A stretch of 64,000 nt of DNA from Gammaproteobacteria bacterium (lineage in GTDB: Bacteria > Pseudomonadota > Gammaproteobacteria > UBA4575): positions 200,781 to 264,780 of the forward strand of contig JANQOB010000009.1 in assembly GCA_028279275.1 (NCBI GenBank), in the 5' to 3' direction. This document shows, in pieces, positions 41,917 through 52,460 of this stretch. Below the pieces are notes generated by a model. It was given only the letters and a program-made list of their open reading frames with translations. It was not told the DNA's origin and did no database searches. The translations under genes were made by a program, and so were the position numbers. Each line of letters opens with the position of its first letter. The stretch's first letter is position 1.

Positions 41917-43026
41917 TTATATTGTGCTATGTAATACGACTTTGTTACGGCCATCTTGCTTTGCTTGATATAGGGCTTTGTCTGCTTTGCGTAATAATTC
42001 GCGCCCTAAGTCAAATGTATTCTTTTTAGTATCAGGCTTTTCTAGTGTAGATACACCGATTGAAACCGTTAGTGAACAATCTTCTCCATCAACAAAAGTA
42101 GTTTCAGAGATGCTCTGTTGTATTCGTTGAGCGACTTCTTCAGCATAATCTTGTCCAGATTGTTCTAACAAGACAGCAAATTCTTCTCCTCCATAACGTG
42201 CTACTACGTCTATATTGCGAAGCTGCGCGCGGATTAATTCAGCCACTTTAGTCAAGACGGTATCTCCTGTCTCATGCCCGAAGCTGTCATTGACTACTTT
42301 GAAGTGATCAATATCGATAAACAAACAGCTTACTGACGATTGCAAACGTTGTGCGCGGGAAAGTTCTTCATTTAAACGTTGATCGAAAAACCTTCGATTA
42401 TTTACTCCGGTTAAAGCGTCCGTTAAACCTGCCTGCTTGAGTTTTTCTTGCGCAATAGTAGTGTCTAGACAAGTAGCTAAAACGGCTGCTAGATGTTCGA
42501 GAAAATCAGTAGCGTCTTGCTTATTAAATCTGTGCAGTTGAAAACTTCCTAAGTTAAGGCTGCCTAATAATTTATTTTTTCGAAATAGTGGTAATAAAGC
42601 CACACTGCGAGGATATTTTCGATCACTTAAAAATAAATCCTCATGATGATTGATATCAAAAGCGCCGAGTAGGGGTTTTTTGTATCGTCCATAATATTTT
42701 TTTAGGTTTAAGATATCACTTGTAAAGATTAGTTCTGGATAGCGGCTAGTGTCTTCGCCCACATCACGTAACAATCTTTTAATATCTTGATGTTCGTCGT
42801 GTAAGACAATAGTTAACACATCCCAACCAAAAGTGGATTTACTCTTATGTGCAATTAGCTGCATGAGCTCAGCAAGAGAACTACAACTTAATAGTCTCAA
42901 TTCTAAGTTTTGAAATTTACGCAAGGTGACTTCGTTTCTGCGTGCATCATGCACTAATGACTCAAGTCGACTGCGTAATGCGTCAATCTCAGTTAATTCT
43001 TCTTCAAGGTTAGGGAGTGTAGACAT
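41917..43026 (-). CDS. DUF484/GAF-like domain diguanylate cyclase
   Basis: DALTGVNNRR, DIDHFK, RxxD I-site (RNID), GGEEF. Confidence 0.92.
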   Translation of the reverse strand: MSTLPNLEEELTEIDALRSRLESLVHDARRNEVTLRKFQNLELRLLSCSSLAELMQLIAHKSKSTFGWDVLTIVLHDEHQDIKRLLRDVGEDTSRYPELIFTSDILNLKKYYGRYKKPLLGAFDINHHEDLFLSDRKYPRSVALLPLFRKNKLLGSLNLGSFQLHRFNKQDATDFLEHLAAVLATCLDTTIAQEKLKQAGLTDALTGVNNRRFFDQRLNEELSRAQRLQSSVSCLFIDIDHFKVVNDSFGHETGDTVLTKVAELIRAQLRNIDVVARYGGEEFAVLLEQSGQDYAEEVAQRIQQSISETTFVDGEDCSLTVSIGVSTLEKPDTKKNTFDLGRELLRKADKALYQAKQDGRNKVVLHSTI

Positions 43027-45606
43027 TTAATTTACCTGTTTTAATCCTTCGATTGGTACTGGTGAACCCATGGCAAATCCTTGTGCATAATCCACCCCCA
43101 GCTCGCGCAGCATTTCAACAACTTCTTCACTCTCAGCGCACTCCGCAATAGTGCCGATTCCCATAATGTGTCCTACCTGATTAATGGCTTCTACCATTGC
43201 ATGGTCAATCGTGTCATCGATCATGTCGTGAACGAAGCTGCCATCAATTTTTAAATAATCAACGGGAAGATTTTTTAAGTATGTAAAAGAAGACAATCCA
43301 CTACCAAAATCATCTAATGCGAACCGACAACCTATGCGTTTGAGTTCTAGAATTAACTGGCTAACTTGATCTAGATTACTTATCGCGGCAGTTTCAGTAA
43401 TTTCGAAACAAACATTAGAAGGTTCAATTTCAGTTTTTTTGATTTCACCTTTGATAAAATCTAATAGTGAATCATCATTTAGTGAATTTCCGGATAAATT
43501 TATTGCGATCTGTACTCCTGATTCTTTACCAAATATGTCGTTGTAGCTTCGAAATGCGGTGCTAATCATCCAGCGGTCTAGGCTGGTCATTAATCCATAG
43601 CGTTCAGCAGCAGGAATAAAACTTGCTGGCATAATTAAATCGCCTTTAGGATCGGTAAGTCGAATTAATAATTCGTAATGTAAAGATTCTTGGTTCTGAG
43701 GTGAAAGGGCAACTATGGGTTGACAATAAATACGAAAACGATCTTCTTGTAGAGCTCCTGTAACACCCGCGGCGCGCATCATTTCAGTGTGTCTGCGTGT
43801 CAGTTCATCGTCTTCTTGTCTGTAAATATGTAATTTGTTACGACCATGGTCTTTGGCGGTAAAACATGCGAGCTCTGCACGCGTTAACATATGTGCAGGG
43901 TCTTGAGAGTTTTTATCAATCGTAATTAGGCCAATGCTAATACCGATTTCAAAATGTTGGTCGCGCCATTTAAATGTGGCGTTACGAATAGTATTTATCA
44001 GTTCTTGTGCAATTAGTTTAGCTTGATCGACCGTGGTGTTTACGAGTAACAGTGAAAATTCATCGCCACCTAAACGAGCAAATATATCAATACTGCGTAT
44101 ATGCTCTTTCATATGCTCCGCAGCTTGTTTAAGAATAATGTCTCCTGCTGTATGCCCAGCTTGTGCATTAATAATCTTGAACTGATTTAAATCCAGGTAA
44201 CACAATACATGTTGCACATCATGTGTTGCTGCGCTTGAAATTGCTTCTTCCAGTCGATACTCAAATTCTTGTCTGTTCAACAAGCCGGTTAATGAGTCGT
44301 GAGAGGCTTGGTGGCTAATTTCTTGGGTAAGTCTTTTGGTTTCTGAGGCATCTTTAAAAATGACTACTAATCCACCGCTCTCGAGGTTTAGTGAGCTGCT
44401 CGGTGTGATGGATAATTCAATAGGATGCTCATTATTAAATCTATCCAGTAAAACAAGATTATTTTCAGACTCAATTGGTTTACCTGTATCTAAGCATTCT
44501 TTGCCTAAGTTTGTAATGCGTTCACGCGTGTTAGCATCGATAAGTTTAAGAATATTATCTATATGATTACCTTTTGCCTCGTAGCCAGGCCAGCCAGTTA
44601 GGCCCTCAGCTACAGGATTCATCGATTCTATTTTGCAGTTTATATCGGTAGCAACTACACCATCTTTAAGTAGTTTTAAAGTAATTCGATTGCGCTGTTT
44701 TTCTTGCTCAAGTTTATTTTCGGTTACAGCCGTTTTGGTAATATCTTGTAAAATTAAATTAAAGAAATTTTGGTCGTTTTCATTTTCATTATAAGCAGAA
44801 ACACGAAAAAACTTTATTGTGCTATCAAGGCCAACAAATTTAATGTCTGGTATAAGCTCATTGGCATCATCATCGCAGGTATTAATAATGTGATGCAGTT
44901 TTATGATTTCAGACTGTTCAAATACTAGCGATAGGGGTGTTCCCAATGAATCTTGTTCATCCAATCCCAACATCATTGCCGCGGGTGTGTTGAGTTCAAC
45001 TATTGTATCTTCTTCGTCTACACTAAGTAGCCCAATTGCAGCCACTTCTAAAATAGTGTCTAGTTTGTTATCGGAGATAGGCTGGTCTTGGAATGGGCTA
45101 ACCTCGAGCTCACTGGTGGCAGAAGAATCAAAATCGATAAGTTTTTCAGTTACGGGCTTAGATTCTTCAATCGAGCTTTTTAATGCATTGGGTAAAGCCT
45201 TAATATTTGCAGTTGACCATACTTCTACTTCACCAGCAAGCGCAGGATTTTCTTTGATAGTTTCATTTATTAGGTCAAAGTCAGTGGGCTTGCGTAATAA
45301 AAATATTTTTATGTTTTTATCATGTTCGAGAATCCAATTAATAACATGCAAAGGCTCTTTCATATGATGTCCAAGGACAATTACTCGGCTATCAATGTGT
45401 CCATCATGTAGAATTTCCGTAAGTTGTTGTTCGCTAGCCAGGTTAGAAATTGCAAGCGGCGGCGGGGTATGACGACAAAGATAAGTCCACAAATCCTTGC
45501 CGACATTAACAAGAGATACTTTTATCGCCATACTTGAGAACTGGCTGGAAGATGTTTGGTTTGCGCTCAATTTGTTTTTGTAGCGTTTGTCGATAGTTCG
45601 AATCAC
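43027..45606 (-). CDS. PAS-PAS-GGDEF-EAL protein
   Basis: HDSLTGLLNR, RLGGDEF, YELLIRL, EITET, DDFGSGLSS, LKIDGSF. Confidence 0.92.
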   Translation of the reverse strand: MIRTIDKRYKNKLSANQTSSSQFSSMAIKVSLVNVGKDLWTYLCRHTPPPLAISNLASEQQLTEILHDGHIDSRVIVLGHHMKEPLHVINWILEHDKNIKIFLLRKPTDFDLINETIKENPALAGEVEVWSTANIKALPNALKSSIEESKPVTEKLIDFDSSATSELEVSPFQDQPISDNKLDTILEVAAIGLLSVDEEDTIVELNTPAAMMLGLDEQDSLGTPLSLVFEQSEIIKLHHIINTCDDDANELIPDIKFVGLDSTIKFFRVSAYNENENDQNFFNLILQDITKTAVTENKLEQEKQRNRITLKLLKDGVVATDINCKIESMNPVAEGLTGWPGYEAKGNHIDNILKLIDANTRERITNLGKECLDTGKPIESENNLVLLDRFNNEHPIELSITPSSSLNLESGGLVVIFKDASETKRLTQEISHQASHDSLTGLLNRQEFEYRLEEAISSAATHDVQHVLCYLDLNQFKIINAQAGHTAGDIILKQAAEHMKEHIRSIDIFARLGGDEFSLLLVNTTVDQAKLIAQELINTIRNATFKWRDQHFEIGISIGLITIDKNSQDPAHMLTRAELACFTAKDHGRNKLHIYRQEDDELTRRHTEMMRAAGVTGALQEDRFRIYCQPIVALSPQNQESLHYELLIRLTDPKGDLIMPASFIPAAERYGLMTSLDRWMISTAFRSYNDIFGKESGVQIAINLSGNSLNDDSLLDFIKGEIKKTEIEPSNVCFEITETAAISNLDQVSQLILELKRIGCRFALDDFGSGLSSFTYLKNLPVDYLKIDGSFVHDMIDDTIDHAMVEAINQVGHIMGIGTIAECAESEEVVEMLRELGVDYAQGFAMGSPVPIEGLKQVN

Positions 45607-45609
45607 GAG

Positions 45610-45804
45610 TTAAAAAGATTCCCTTTTGAAGAGGTTGCTTTGGGAATTAGCTTTTATATATTGTCGAATCCACTGCCGGACCAAGCGCGAAGCGCTGTCA
45701 TCCTCCTCTTTAACCTGGCGCATAAATTCATCGCGCAAATCACGGGAAATTCTGACTTGTAGTAGGGCGGATTCTGAGGGCTTTTTTACGTCGGGTGGTG
45801 TCAT
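45610..45804 (-). CDS. small ribbon-helix-helix-type DNA-binding protein
   Basis: Beta strand LLQVRIS, helix DLRDEF, SASRLVRQWIRQYI; stop 3 nt before the next gene. Confidence 0.65.
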   Translation of the reverse strand: MTPPDVKKPSESALLQVRISRDLRDEFMRQVKEEDDSASRLVRQWIRQYIKANSQSNLFKRESF

Positions 45805-45840
45805 AGCATTATCATTCGAATATCATGATAATAGTATGAC
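45800..45840. promoter_or_regulatory. candidate operator: 15-bp imperfect inverted repeat over the RHH start
   Basis: GTCATAGCATTATCA-11 nt-TGATAATAGTATGAC (13/15 complementary). Confidence 0.45.
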
Positions 45841-46012
45841 AAATTTTACATTACTATACAAAAAAAGTGGTTTGAAAAGTCTCTGGAAGGTATTGATAAA
45901 TAAAGAAGGATTCAAAGCATTTATAGCTATTAGGCTTCTAATGAATATGATAAATAAGAATATTACCAAATACTAATACATAAAATTCTATGATTAAAAA
46001 AGCATATTGCTC

Positions 46013-46780
46013 ATGAATAACCTGGATCGTTTAATCCAAATCATGCAACAACTGAGAGATCCTGAGTCGGGTTGTCCTTGGGATTTAAAGCAAACATTCG
46101 CTTCCATCCTCCCGTATACCATGGAAGAGGTTTATGAAGTGGCGGATGCCATCGACGAGCAAGATTTTGCGCAACTAAAAAATGAGCTCGGTGATTTGCT
46201 ATTGCAAATTGTTTACTACACGCAAATGGCTACAGAACAAAATTTATTCGATTTCGAAGATGTCGCGGGAGGTATTTGCGATAAGTTGGTGCGTCGTCAT
46301 CCGCATGTATTCAATAAAAAGGATATCGATCAACATCAAACTTGGGAGCAAATTAAGCAACAAGAACGTGTTGAAAAATCAAATTCTAAAAGTTTATTGA
46401 ATGATATTCCCAATGCAATGCCACAATTATTGCGCGCAAAAATAATTCAAAAAAGAGCTGAATCGGTGGGGTTTGATTGGTCAGAGTTAAATTCTGTGAT
46501 TGCAAAAGTTGAAGAAGAGTTAAGTGAATTAAAAGAAGTGATTAGTTCGGATAATCAACCAGACAAACTAGAGGAAGAGTTGGGTGATTTGCTATTTTCA
46601 GTGGTTAACCTGAGTCGACATATAAATGTTAATGCTGAAAATGCACTGCGTAAAAGTAATAAGAAATTTATTAACCGATTTCAATATATTGAAGAAACTT
46701 TAGAAAAAGAAGGTAAGAATATAGACGAGTGCTCATTAGATGAATTAGAAGTCTATTGGGAACAAGCAAAGTCTAGATGA
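46013..46780 (+). CDS. mazG: nucleoside triphosphate pyrophosphohydrolase MazG
   Basis: GCPWD.KQT, EE.YEVADAI, ELGDLL twice, RRHPHVF. Confidence 0.95.
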   Translation: MNNLDRLIQIMQQLRDPESGCPWDLKQTFASILPYTMEEVYEVADAIDEQDFAQLKNELGDLLLQIVYYTQMATEQNLFDFEDVAGGICDKLVRRHPHVFNKKDIDQHQTWEQIKQQERVEKSNSKSLLNDIPNAMPQLLRAKIIQKRAESVGFDWSELNSVIAKVEEELSELKEVISSDNQPDKLEEELGDLLFSVVNLSRHINVNAENALRKSNKKFINRFQYIEETLEKEGKNIDECSLDELEVYWEQAKSR

Positions 46781-46818
46781 AAACCTCTTCAGAAAAAGCA
46801 TCTCTCAATATATCGCCT

Positions 46819-47667
46819 CTAAGTAAATCGCATAGAAAAATCTACAGCCTGAATATGTTTAGTGATGGCTCCTATGGAAATATAATCCACACCCGTTTTT
46901 GCAACTTCACGTATATTATCTAATGTCATATTGCCAGAAGCTTCTAGTTTCTTTTTTCCATCTGTCATTGAAACGGCTTTTTCCAATTCAGCCAGAGAAA
47001 AATTATCTAAAAGAATAACATCTGCTTGAGTGTTTAATGCTTCCTTGAGTTGTTCTATGTTTTCTACTTCTATTTCTAGTTTAAGTGCAGGATATTGTTG
47101 CTTGGCAGAATTTACCGCATTAGAAACGGAACCCGATGTAGCGATATGATTTTCTTTTATCAAAATTGCATCGTATAAACCCATGCGATGATTTTTCCCA
47201 CCACCACAGCGCACTGCGTATTTTTGTGCATAGCGCAATCCCGGTATAGTTTTACGTGTATCTAAAATTTCTGCGCCTGTGCCAGCAATACGGTCAACAT
47301 ATGTTTTGGTTTTTGATGCAGTTCCAGAAAGGGATTGTAAAAAGTTTAGTGCGGTACGTTCACCTGTTAAGATTGCTTGTGCGTTACCTTTTAGTTGGCA
47401 TACATTGGCATCAGCTTGCATAATTTCACCATCTTGGAAAACCCATTCTAGGTTTATGTTAGGGTCAAGTTGGTGAAATGTCTGCTCAAACCATTTTTGT
47501 CCGCATAACACTGCTTCTTCACGGCAAATAAGGATTGCCGAAGCAGTTTCATTATTACTGAATGAAGCAGCGGTAACATCGCCTGTACCCACGTCTTCTT
47601 TTAATGCAATGCTGACCGATTGGCTGATTTCTCGCAAAGCATCCTTGCTATGAATTGCTAGATCCAT
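46819..47667 (-). CDS. nadC: quinolinate phosphoribosyltransferase
   Basis: ERTALNFLQ, LDTRKTIPG, LIKENHI, LLDNF. Confidence 0.96.
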   Translation of the reverse strand: MDLAIHSKDALREISQSVSIALKEDVGTGDVTAASFSNNETASAILICREEAVLCGQKWFEQTFHQLDPNINLEWVFQDGEIMQADANVCQLKGNAQAILTGERTALNFLQSLSGTASKTKTYVDRIAGTGAEILDTRKTIPGLRYAQKYAVRCGGGKNHRMGLYDAILIKENHIATSGSVSNAVNSAKQQYPALKLEIEVENIEQLKEALNTQADVILLDNFSLAELEKAVSMTDGKKKLEASGNMTLDNIREVAKTGVDYISIGAITKHIQAVDFSMRFT

Positions 47668-47696
47668 TTTTCATTATTATTTTAAGTGTTAGTGAA

Positions 47697-49031
47697 TTAA
47701 TTTTTATTCAGGTAATCTTTGGTAACTTTAAAGATTACTGGGCTCAATAATGCGAGCGCAATTAAGTTAGGTATTGCCATGAAGCCATTCATTACATCCG
47801 CAAGCAGCCATACAAAATTAAGTTTAATTAATGCACCTGTCATTACTGCAACTACCCAAACTATTCTGTAAGGAACTATGATGGCAGTACCAAAAATAAA
47901 CTCGGCACAACGTTCACCGTAATAGCTCCAACCCAAGAGGGTAGTGAATGCAAAAACGACTAAACCGATGGTCACAATATAATTTCCACCCGTAATTCCT
48001 TGTCCATATGCAAGAGTAGAAAGTGAGGCGCCATTCTCACCGCTAGTCCAAGCACCTGTTAATAAAATAACCAGTGCAGTCATGGTGCAGATGATAATAG
48101 TGTCAATAAAAGTCCCTAGCATGCCAATCATACCTTGACGCACGGGGTCGTCTGTTTGTGCAGCAGCATGCGCAATAGGAGCGCTACCTAAGCCAGCTTC
48201 ATTAGAAAATACACCTCGCGCCACACCAAAGCGAATAGCTGCCCAAACTGCCGCACCTGCAAATCCACCAGTTGCTGCAGTGCCACTGAATGCGCTAGTA
48301 AAAATTAGACTAAATGCGCTTCCAACTTGTCCAATATTGGCAATAATTACAATTAAAGAACCGGCGATATATGCAACGGCCATAATCGGAACAAGTTTCC
48401 CAGCTACTTCTCCTATGCGCTTAACACCACCGATAATTACAAGACCTACGAGTATTGCTAATACAATTCCTGTGATCATGGGGTCTATGTTGAAGTTACT
48501 TTTCAATGCATCGGCAACTGAATTAGATTGCACCATGTTTCCTATTCCAAATGCAGCGATCGTTCCAAACAATGCAAATAAAAAACCTAACCACTTCCAG
48601 TTTTCACCCAACCCATTTTTAATGTAGTACATCGGTCCACCTTGACGTTTACCGCGAGAATCGACTTCTCTATATTTGACTGCAAGAACAGCTTCTCCAT
48701 ATTTTGTTGCCATACCAAACAAAGCCGTTATCCACATCCAAAATACCGCACCAGGTCCACCCAAAAAGATAGCTGTAGCAACGCCGGCAATATTTCCTGT
48801 GCCAATCGTTGCAGAGAGAGCGGTCATTAACGCCTGAAAAGGGCTAATGTCACCTTGGTCTTTATCGGCTTGTCCAGAAAAAAGTAATTTAAATCCATGA
48901 CCCAGTTTTCGCCATGGCATGAGTTTTAAGCCGATACTTAAGTAAACGCCAACACCCAATAGCAGTGCCAACATGATAGGGCCCCAAATAAAACTACTGA
49001 GTTGGGTTAAAAGCGATGTAATGGCTTCCAT
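47697..49031 (-). CDS. alanine/glycine:cation symporter (AGCS family)
   Basis: ATIGTGNIAGV, GGPGAVFWMW, FSNEAGLGS. Confidence 0.94.
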   Translation of the reverse strand: MEAITSLLTQLSSFIWGPIMLALLLGVGVYLSIGLKLMPWRKLGHGFKLLFSGQADKDQGDISPFQALMTALSATIGTGNIAGVATAIFLGGPGAVFWMWITALFGMATKYGEAVLAVKYREVDSRGKRQGGPMYYIKNGLGENWKWLGFLFALFGTIAAFGIGNMVQSNSVADALKSNFNIDPMITGIVLAILVGLVIIGGVKRIGEVAGKLVPIMAVAYIAGSLIVIIANIGQVGSAFSLIFTSAFSGTAATGGFAGAAVWAAIRFGVARGVFSNEAGLGSAPIAHAAAQTDDPVRQGMIGMLGTFIDTIIICTMTALVILLTGAWTSGENGASLSTLAYGQGITGGNYIVTIGLVVFAFTTLLGWSYYGERCAEFIFGTAIIVPYRIVWVVAVMTGALIKLNFVWLLADVMNGFMAIPNLIALALLSPVIFKVTKDYLNKN

Positions 49032-49201
49032 TAATTCCTCCCTTCTACAGAGTGTAGAGAATTATTTTTATATTTTAAGTCATGAAAAGTGATGCTTATT
49101 ATTCTATTTTTACTTTTCATGTAATGAACAATATTGCTCATTTTTTGCCATCATTAGACAGTGTACAAGCGCAATGCTACCCTGAATTCCAAGGGATATC
49201 T

Positions 49202-50203
49202 ATGGATACGCCAACCCTCAATAAACGCTTCCATTTGCGGCAATTGTCCTCTCAAGACAAGCTAGCCATGCTGCGTCAAGATGTAAAGCTGGGATTAATA
49301 GAACGTCCTCGCAGTTTACCGCCAAAATATTTTTACGATGAAATAGGATCTAAACTTTTCGATTCAATATGTAAAACTCATGATTATTATCCAACGCGTA
49401 CCGAGCTGGCATTGTTGCAAAAGCATGCGAATGAAATAGTTGCTTTAGTAAATTCTAATACTTGTGTTGAACTTGGCGCAGGTACTTCTGCAAAAAGTGA
49501 AGTATTACTCTCAGAGATCAGCGCTCATTTTAATAAAAGCAAATTTAACTATATAAGTATTGATGTTTGCGAAGAAGTATTAGTAGAAACCGCAGCGCGG
49601 TTACAAAATAATTTTGAAAATTTATTTATTCAATCCATAGTTGGAGAATATGTTCCTTCCATCCAAGTTTTGCCAAATTTTGATGATCCAGTTCTGTTCA
49701 TGTTTATAGGCAGTTCAATAGGAAATTTTACAGAACAAGAATCCATTGATCTTCTATCTAACGTAGCGAAAAAAATGACATTTGATGATCATTTTTTAAT
49801 TGGTATGGACAGAGTTAAGGATAAAAATGTTCTTGAACAGGCTTATGATGATCGAGAGGGGGTTACAGCTAAGTTCAACCTCAATGTATTAACGGTGCTT
49901 AATAAAGATTTGGGAGCCAATTTCAATTTAGATAATTTTTCTCATGAAGCTGTATATAATGAAGATGAACAACAAATTGAAATGTATTTAATTTCAAACT
50001 CTGACCAGCAAGTACATATTGTTGACCTAAATGAAACGCTACACTTTGAAAGAGGTGAAAAAATTCTTACTGAAATAAGTCGCAAATATTCAAAAGCATC
50101 TATACATAGGCTATTGGGGAAAAGCGGACTTGTTGAAGTAAAGCATTATGAGCCAGATAACAAATACTTTTCGATAGTATTGGCCAAGCGAAAAAAAGAA
50201 TAG
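49202..50203 (+). CDS. egtD: L-histidine N(alpha)-methyltransferase
   Basis: LPPKYFYD..GS.LF..I...DYYPTRTE, ELGAG, GSSIGNF, TEISRKY; probable start 49202. Confidence 0.88.
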   Translation: MDTPTLNKRFHLRQLSSQDKLAMLRQDVKLGLIERPRSLPPKYFYDEIGSKLFDSICKTHDYYPTRTELALLQKHANEIVALVNSNTCVELGAGTSAKSEVLLSEISAHFNKSKFNYISIDVCEEVLVETAARLQNNFENLFIQSIVGEYVPSIQVLPNFDDPVLFMFIGSSIGNFTEQESIDLLSNVAKKMTFDDHFLIGMDRVKDKNVLEQAYDDREGVTAKFNLNVLTVLNKDLGANFNLDNFSHEAVYNEDEQQIEMYLISNSDQQVHIVDLNETLHFERGEKILTEISRKYSKASIHRLLGKSGLVEVKHYEPDNKYFSIVLAKRKKE

Positions 50204-50211
50204 TTTTTAGA

Positions 50212-51114
50212 TTAGGCTAGCAAATCTTCCATTAGTGCTTTTTGCGCATGTAAGCGATTTTCTGCTTCGTCCCACACTACGCTTTGTGTGCCATCTAACA
50301 CATCCGCTGTTACTTCTTCTCCACGGTGTGCGGGCAAACAATGCATAAATAATGCATCTTTATTGGCCAAGGAAAGCAATTCTTTATTTACTTGAAAAGC
50401 TTGAAATACTTTTATTCTCTCTTTTTCTTCTTCTTCTTGGCCCATGCTGGCCCAAACATCTGTAACTACTAGATCGGCTTGTTCAATCGCTTGTTTTGCA
50501 TCATGTGTTATCTGAATACTATTGCTTGCACTCTTAACAATCTCCGAATTTGGGCAATAGTTTTGTGGACAACCAATGTTTAGTTGAAAGCCAAGTTGTT
50601 TAGCCGCATTGATATAAGAATGGCACATGTTATTACCGTCGCCTATCCATGCAACTGTGGCACCTTTGATATCGCCACGGTGTTCAAACCACGTCTGCAT
50701 GTCCGCTAATAACTGACATGGATGAAATAGATCTGTGAGCCCGTTAATGACAGGTACGGAAGAGTGTGCAGCAAAACTTTCTACATTTTTATGCTCGAAG
50801 GTTCTAATCATTACCCCATCGACCATTCGTGATAGTACCCTTGCGCTGTCTTCTATCGGTTCGCCACGTCCAAATTGAGTGTCTCTTGGAGATAAAAACA
50901 AGGCATGCCCTCCTAACTGAACCATTCCCGTTTCAAATGAAACCCGTGTTCGTGTGGAAGACTTATCAAAAATCATTGCCAAAGTTTTATTTTGCAAAGG
51001 GGTGTGGTGTTTACCTGCTTTGAGCATTTTCTTGAGTTCAGTTGCACGTGCTAACAATGCCCGAATCTCGTCTGGGCTGTAATCTAGCAATGTCAAAAAA
51101 TGGCGTGTGCTCAT
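50212..51114 (-). CDS. argF: ornithine carbamoyltransferase
   Basis: [19 protein letters not shown]. Confidence 0.96.
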   Translation of the reverse strand: MSTRHFLTLLDYSPDEIRALLARATELKKMLKAGKHHTPLQNKTLAMIFDKSSTRTRVSFETGMVQLGGHALFLSPRDTQFGRGEPIEDSARVLSRMVDGVMIRTFEHKNVESFAAHSSVPVINGLTDLFHPCQLLADMQTWFEHRGDIKGATVAWIGDGNNMCHSYINAAKQLGFQLNIGCPQNYCPNSEIVKSASNSIQITHDAKQAIEQADLVVTDVWASMGQEEEEKERIKVFQAFQVNKELLSLANKDALFMHCLPAHRGEEVTADVLDGTQSVVWDEAENRLHAQKALMEDLLA

Positions 51115-51122
51115 AATAATAG

Positions 51123-52313
51123 TTATTTCAAATTATCAGTGAATGCTTCAATACAGTTCACAAGAGTTTCAATCATGTCGTTAGCATTATTTTTATTAAA
51201 AATTAACGGTGGCAATAACCTAATAACTCGCTCCGCAGTTACATTAATAAGTAGCTTTTTATCTAAACAATGATCGACAAGTTCTACACAAGGTGTATTC
51301 ATTTCTATGCCTATCATCAAGCCTTTTCCACGCACTTCTTTTACATGTGAATTTGTAGAAAGTTTATTCTTTAGTGCATCAACAATATAGGTTCCGATTG
51401 AATGTGCATTATCAATTAGATTTTCTTTTTCTATTACATTAATGGTTTCAAGTGCTGCTCGACATGCTAAGGGATTGCCACCAAATGTAGAACCATGTGA
51501 GCCTGGGACAAATAAATCGGCTACATATTTTTTTGCTAAGCAAGCGCCAATGGGTAGACCATTACCCAGCCCTTTGGCGGTTATCAGCACATCAGGCTGT
51601 ATTGAATCATGTTGAAAGTAGAACCATTCTCCAGTTCGACCATTTCCAGTCTGTACTTCATCCAGCATCAGTAAAATTTCATGTTGTTCGCATAAAGTTT
51701 TCAATTCTGTAAGGTATGAAGATGCAGGAATATTAATGCCACCTTCACCTTGTATCGGTTCTACTAAAATTGCAGAAATATTAGTGTGGTTTTTAAGAAT
51801 TTTTTTTACTGCCTGAGCATCATTGTAGGGTGCTCTTATAAAACCAGGAACGAGGGGCTCAAACCCCGCTTGTGCTTTTCGATTTCCTGTTGCAGTAAGT
51901 GTTGCCATAGTGCGGCCGTGGAAACTATTTTCCATTACGATGATAGTAGGTTCGTTAATACCTTTATGGTGCCCATATACACGTGCAAGTTTAATGGCCG
52001 CTTCATTTGCTTCTGCACCAGAATTGCCAAAGAACGCAGCATCCATGCCAGAGAGTTGACAAAGCTTGTTTCCAAGCTTTTCTTGTAATTCAATATGATA
52101 AATATTTGAAGTGTGAGTAAGTGTTGCGGCTTGATCAGCAATGGCTTGTGATATCTTAGGGTGAGCATGTCCCAAACCACACACTGCTATACCGGATAAG
52201 GCATCCATATATTTTTCATTTTTATTCGAGTACAGCCATACACCTTCCCCTTTTACAAACGTTACGGGTTTACGCGCATAAGTACTCATCAAGCTATTTG
52301 CAGATTTAGTCAT
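51123..52313 (-). CDS. argD: acetylornithine aminotransferase
   Basis: [27 protein letters not shown]; co-oriented with argF. Confidence 0.92.
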   Translation of the reverse strand: MTKSANSLMSTYARKPVTFVKGEGVWLYSNKNEKYMDALSGIAVCGLGHAHPKISQAIADQAATLTHTSNIYHIELQEKLGNKLCQLSGMDAAFFGNSGAEANEAAIKLARVYGHHKGINEPTIIVMENSFHGRTMATLTATGNRKAQAGFEPLVPGFIRAPYNDAQAVKKILKNHTNISAILVEPIQGEGGINIPASSYLTELKTLCEQHEILLMLDEVQTGNGRTGEWFYFQHDSIQPDVLITAKGLGNGLPIGACLAKKYVADLFVPGSHGSTFGGNPLACRAALETINVIEKENLIDNAHSIGTYIVDALKNKLSTNSHVKEVRGKGLMIGIEMNTPCVELVDHCLDKKLLINVTAERVIRLLPPLIFNKNNANDMIETLVNCIEAFTDNLK

Positions 52314-52325
52314 ATCAACTCATAG

Positions 52326-52354
52326 AAACAAAAACGGCAGCTATAGAGCTGCCG
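52326..52354 (-). terminator. terminator-like hairpin in the argD leader
   Basis: CGGCAGCT-CTAT-AGCTGCCG followed by TTTTTGTTT. Confidence 0.55.
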
Positions 52355-52460
52355 AAATTGAGATTATACTGCTGCTTAAAAAATAAGCAAAATATTATAG
52401 GTCTACCTCATTAATATTGAGGCTGGTTTATGTCAGTTTAAATTAGCTATAACTTAAAAT

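Noticed and set aside
45626..45976. 116-aa plus-strand ORF
   Set aside because: Antisense to the RHH gene and runs through an AT-rich promoter region.
49032..49200. Possible glycine riboswitch before the AGCS symporter
   Set aside because: No GGAGA...CCGAAG...CUCUCAGG pattern seen on the minus strand.
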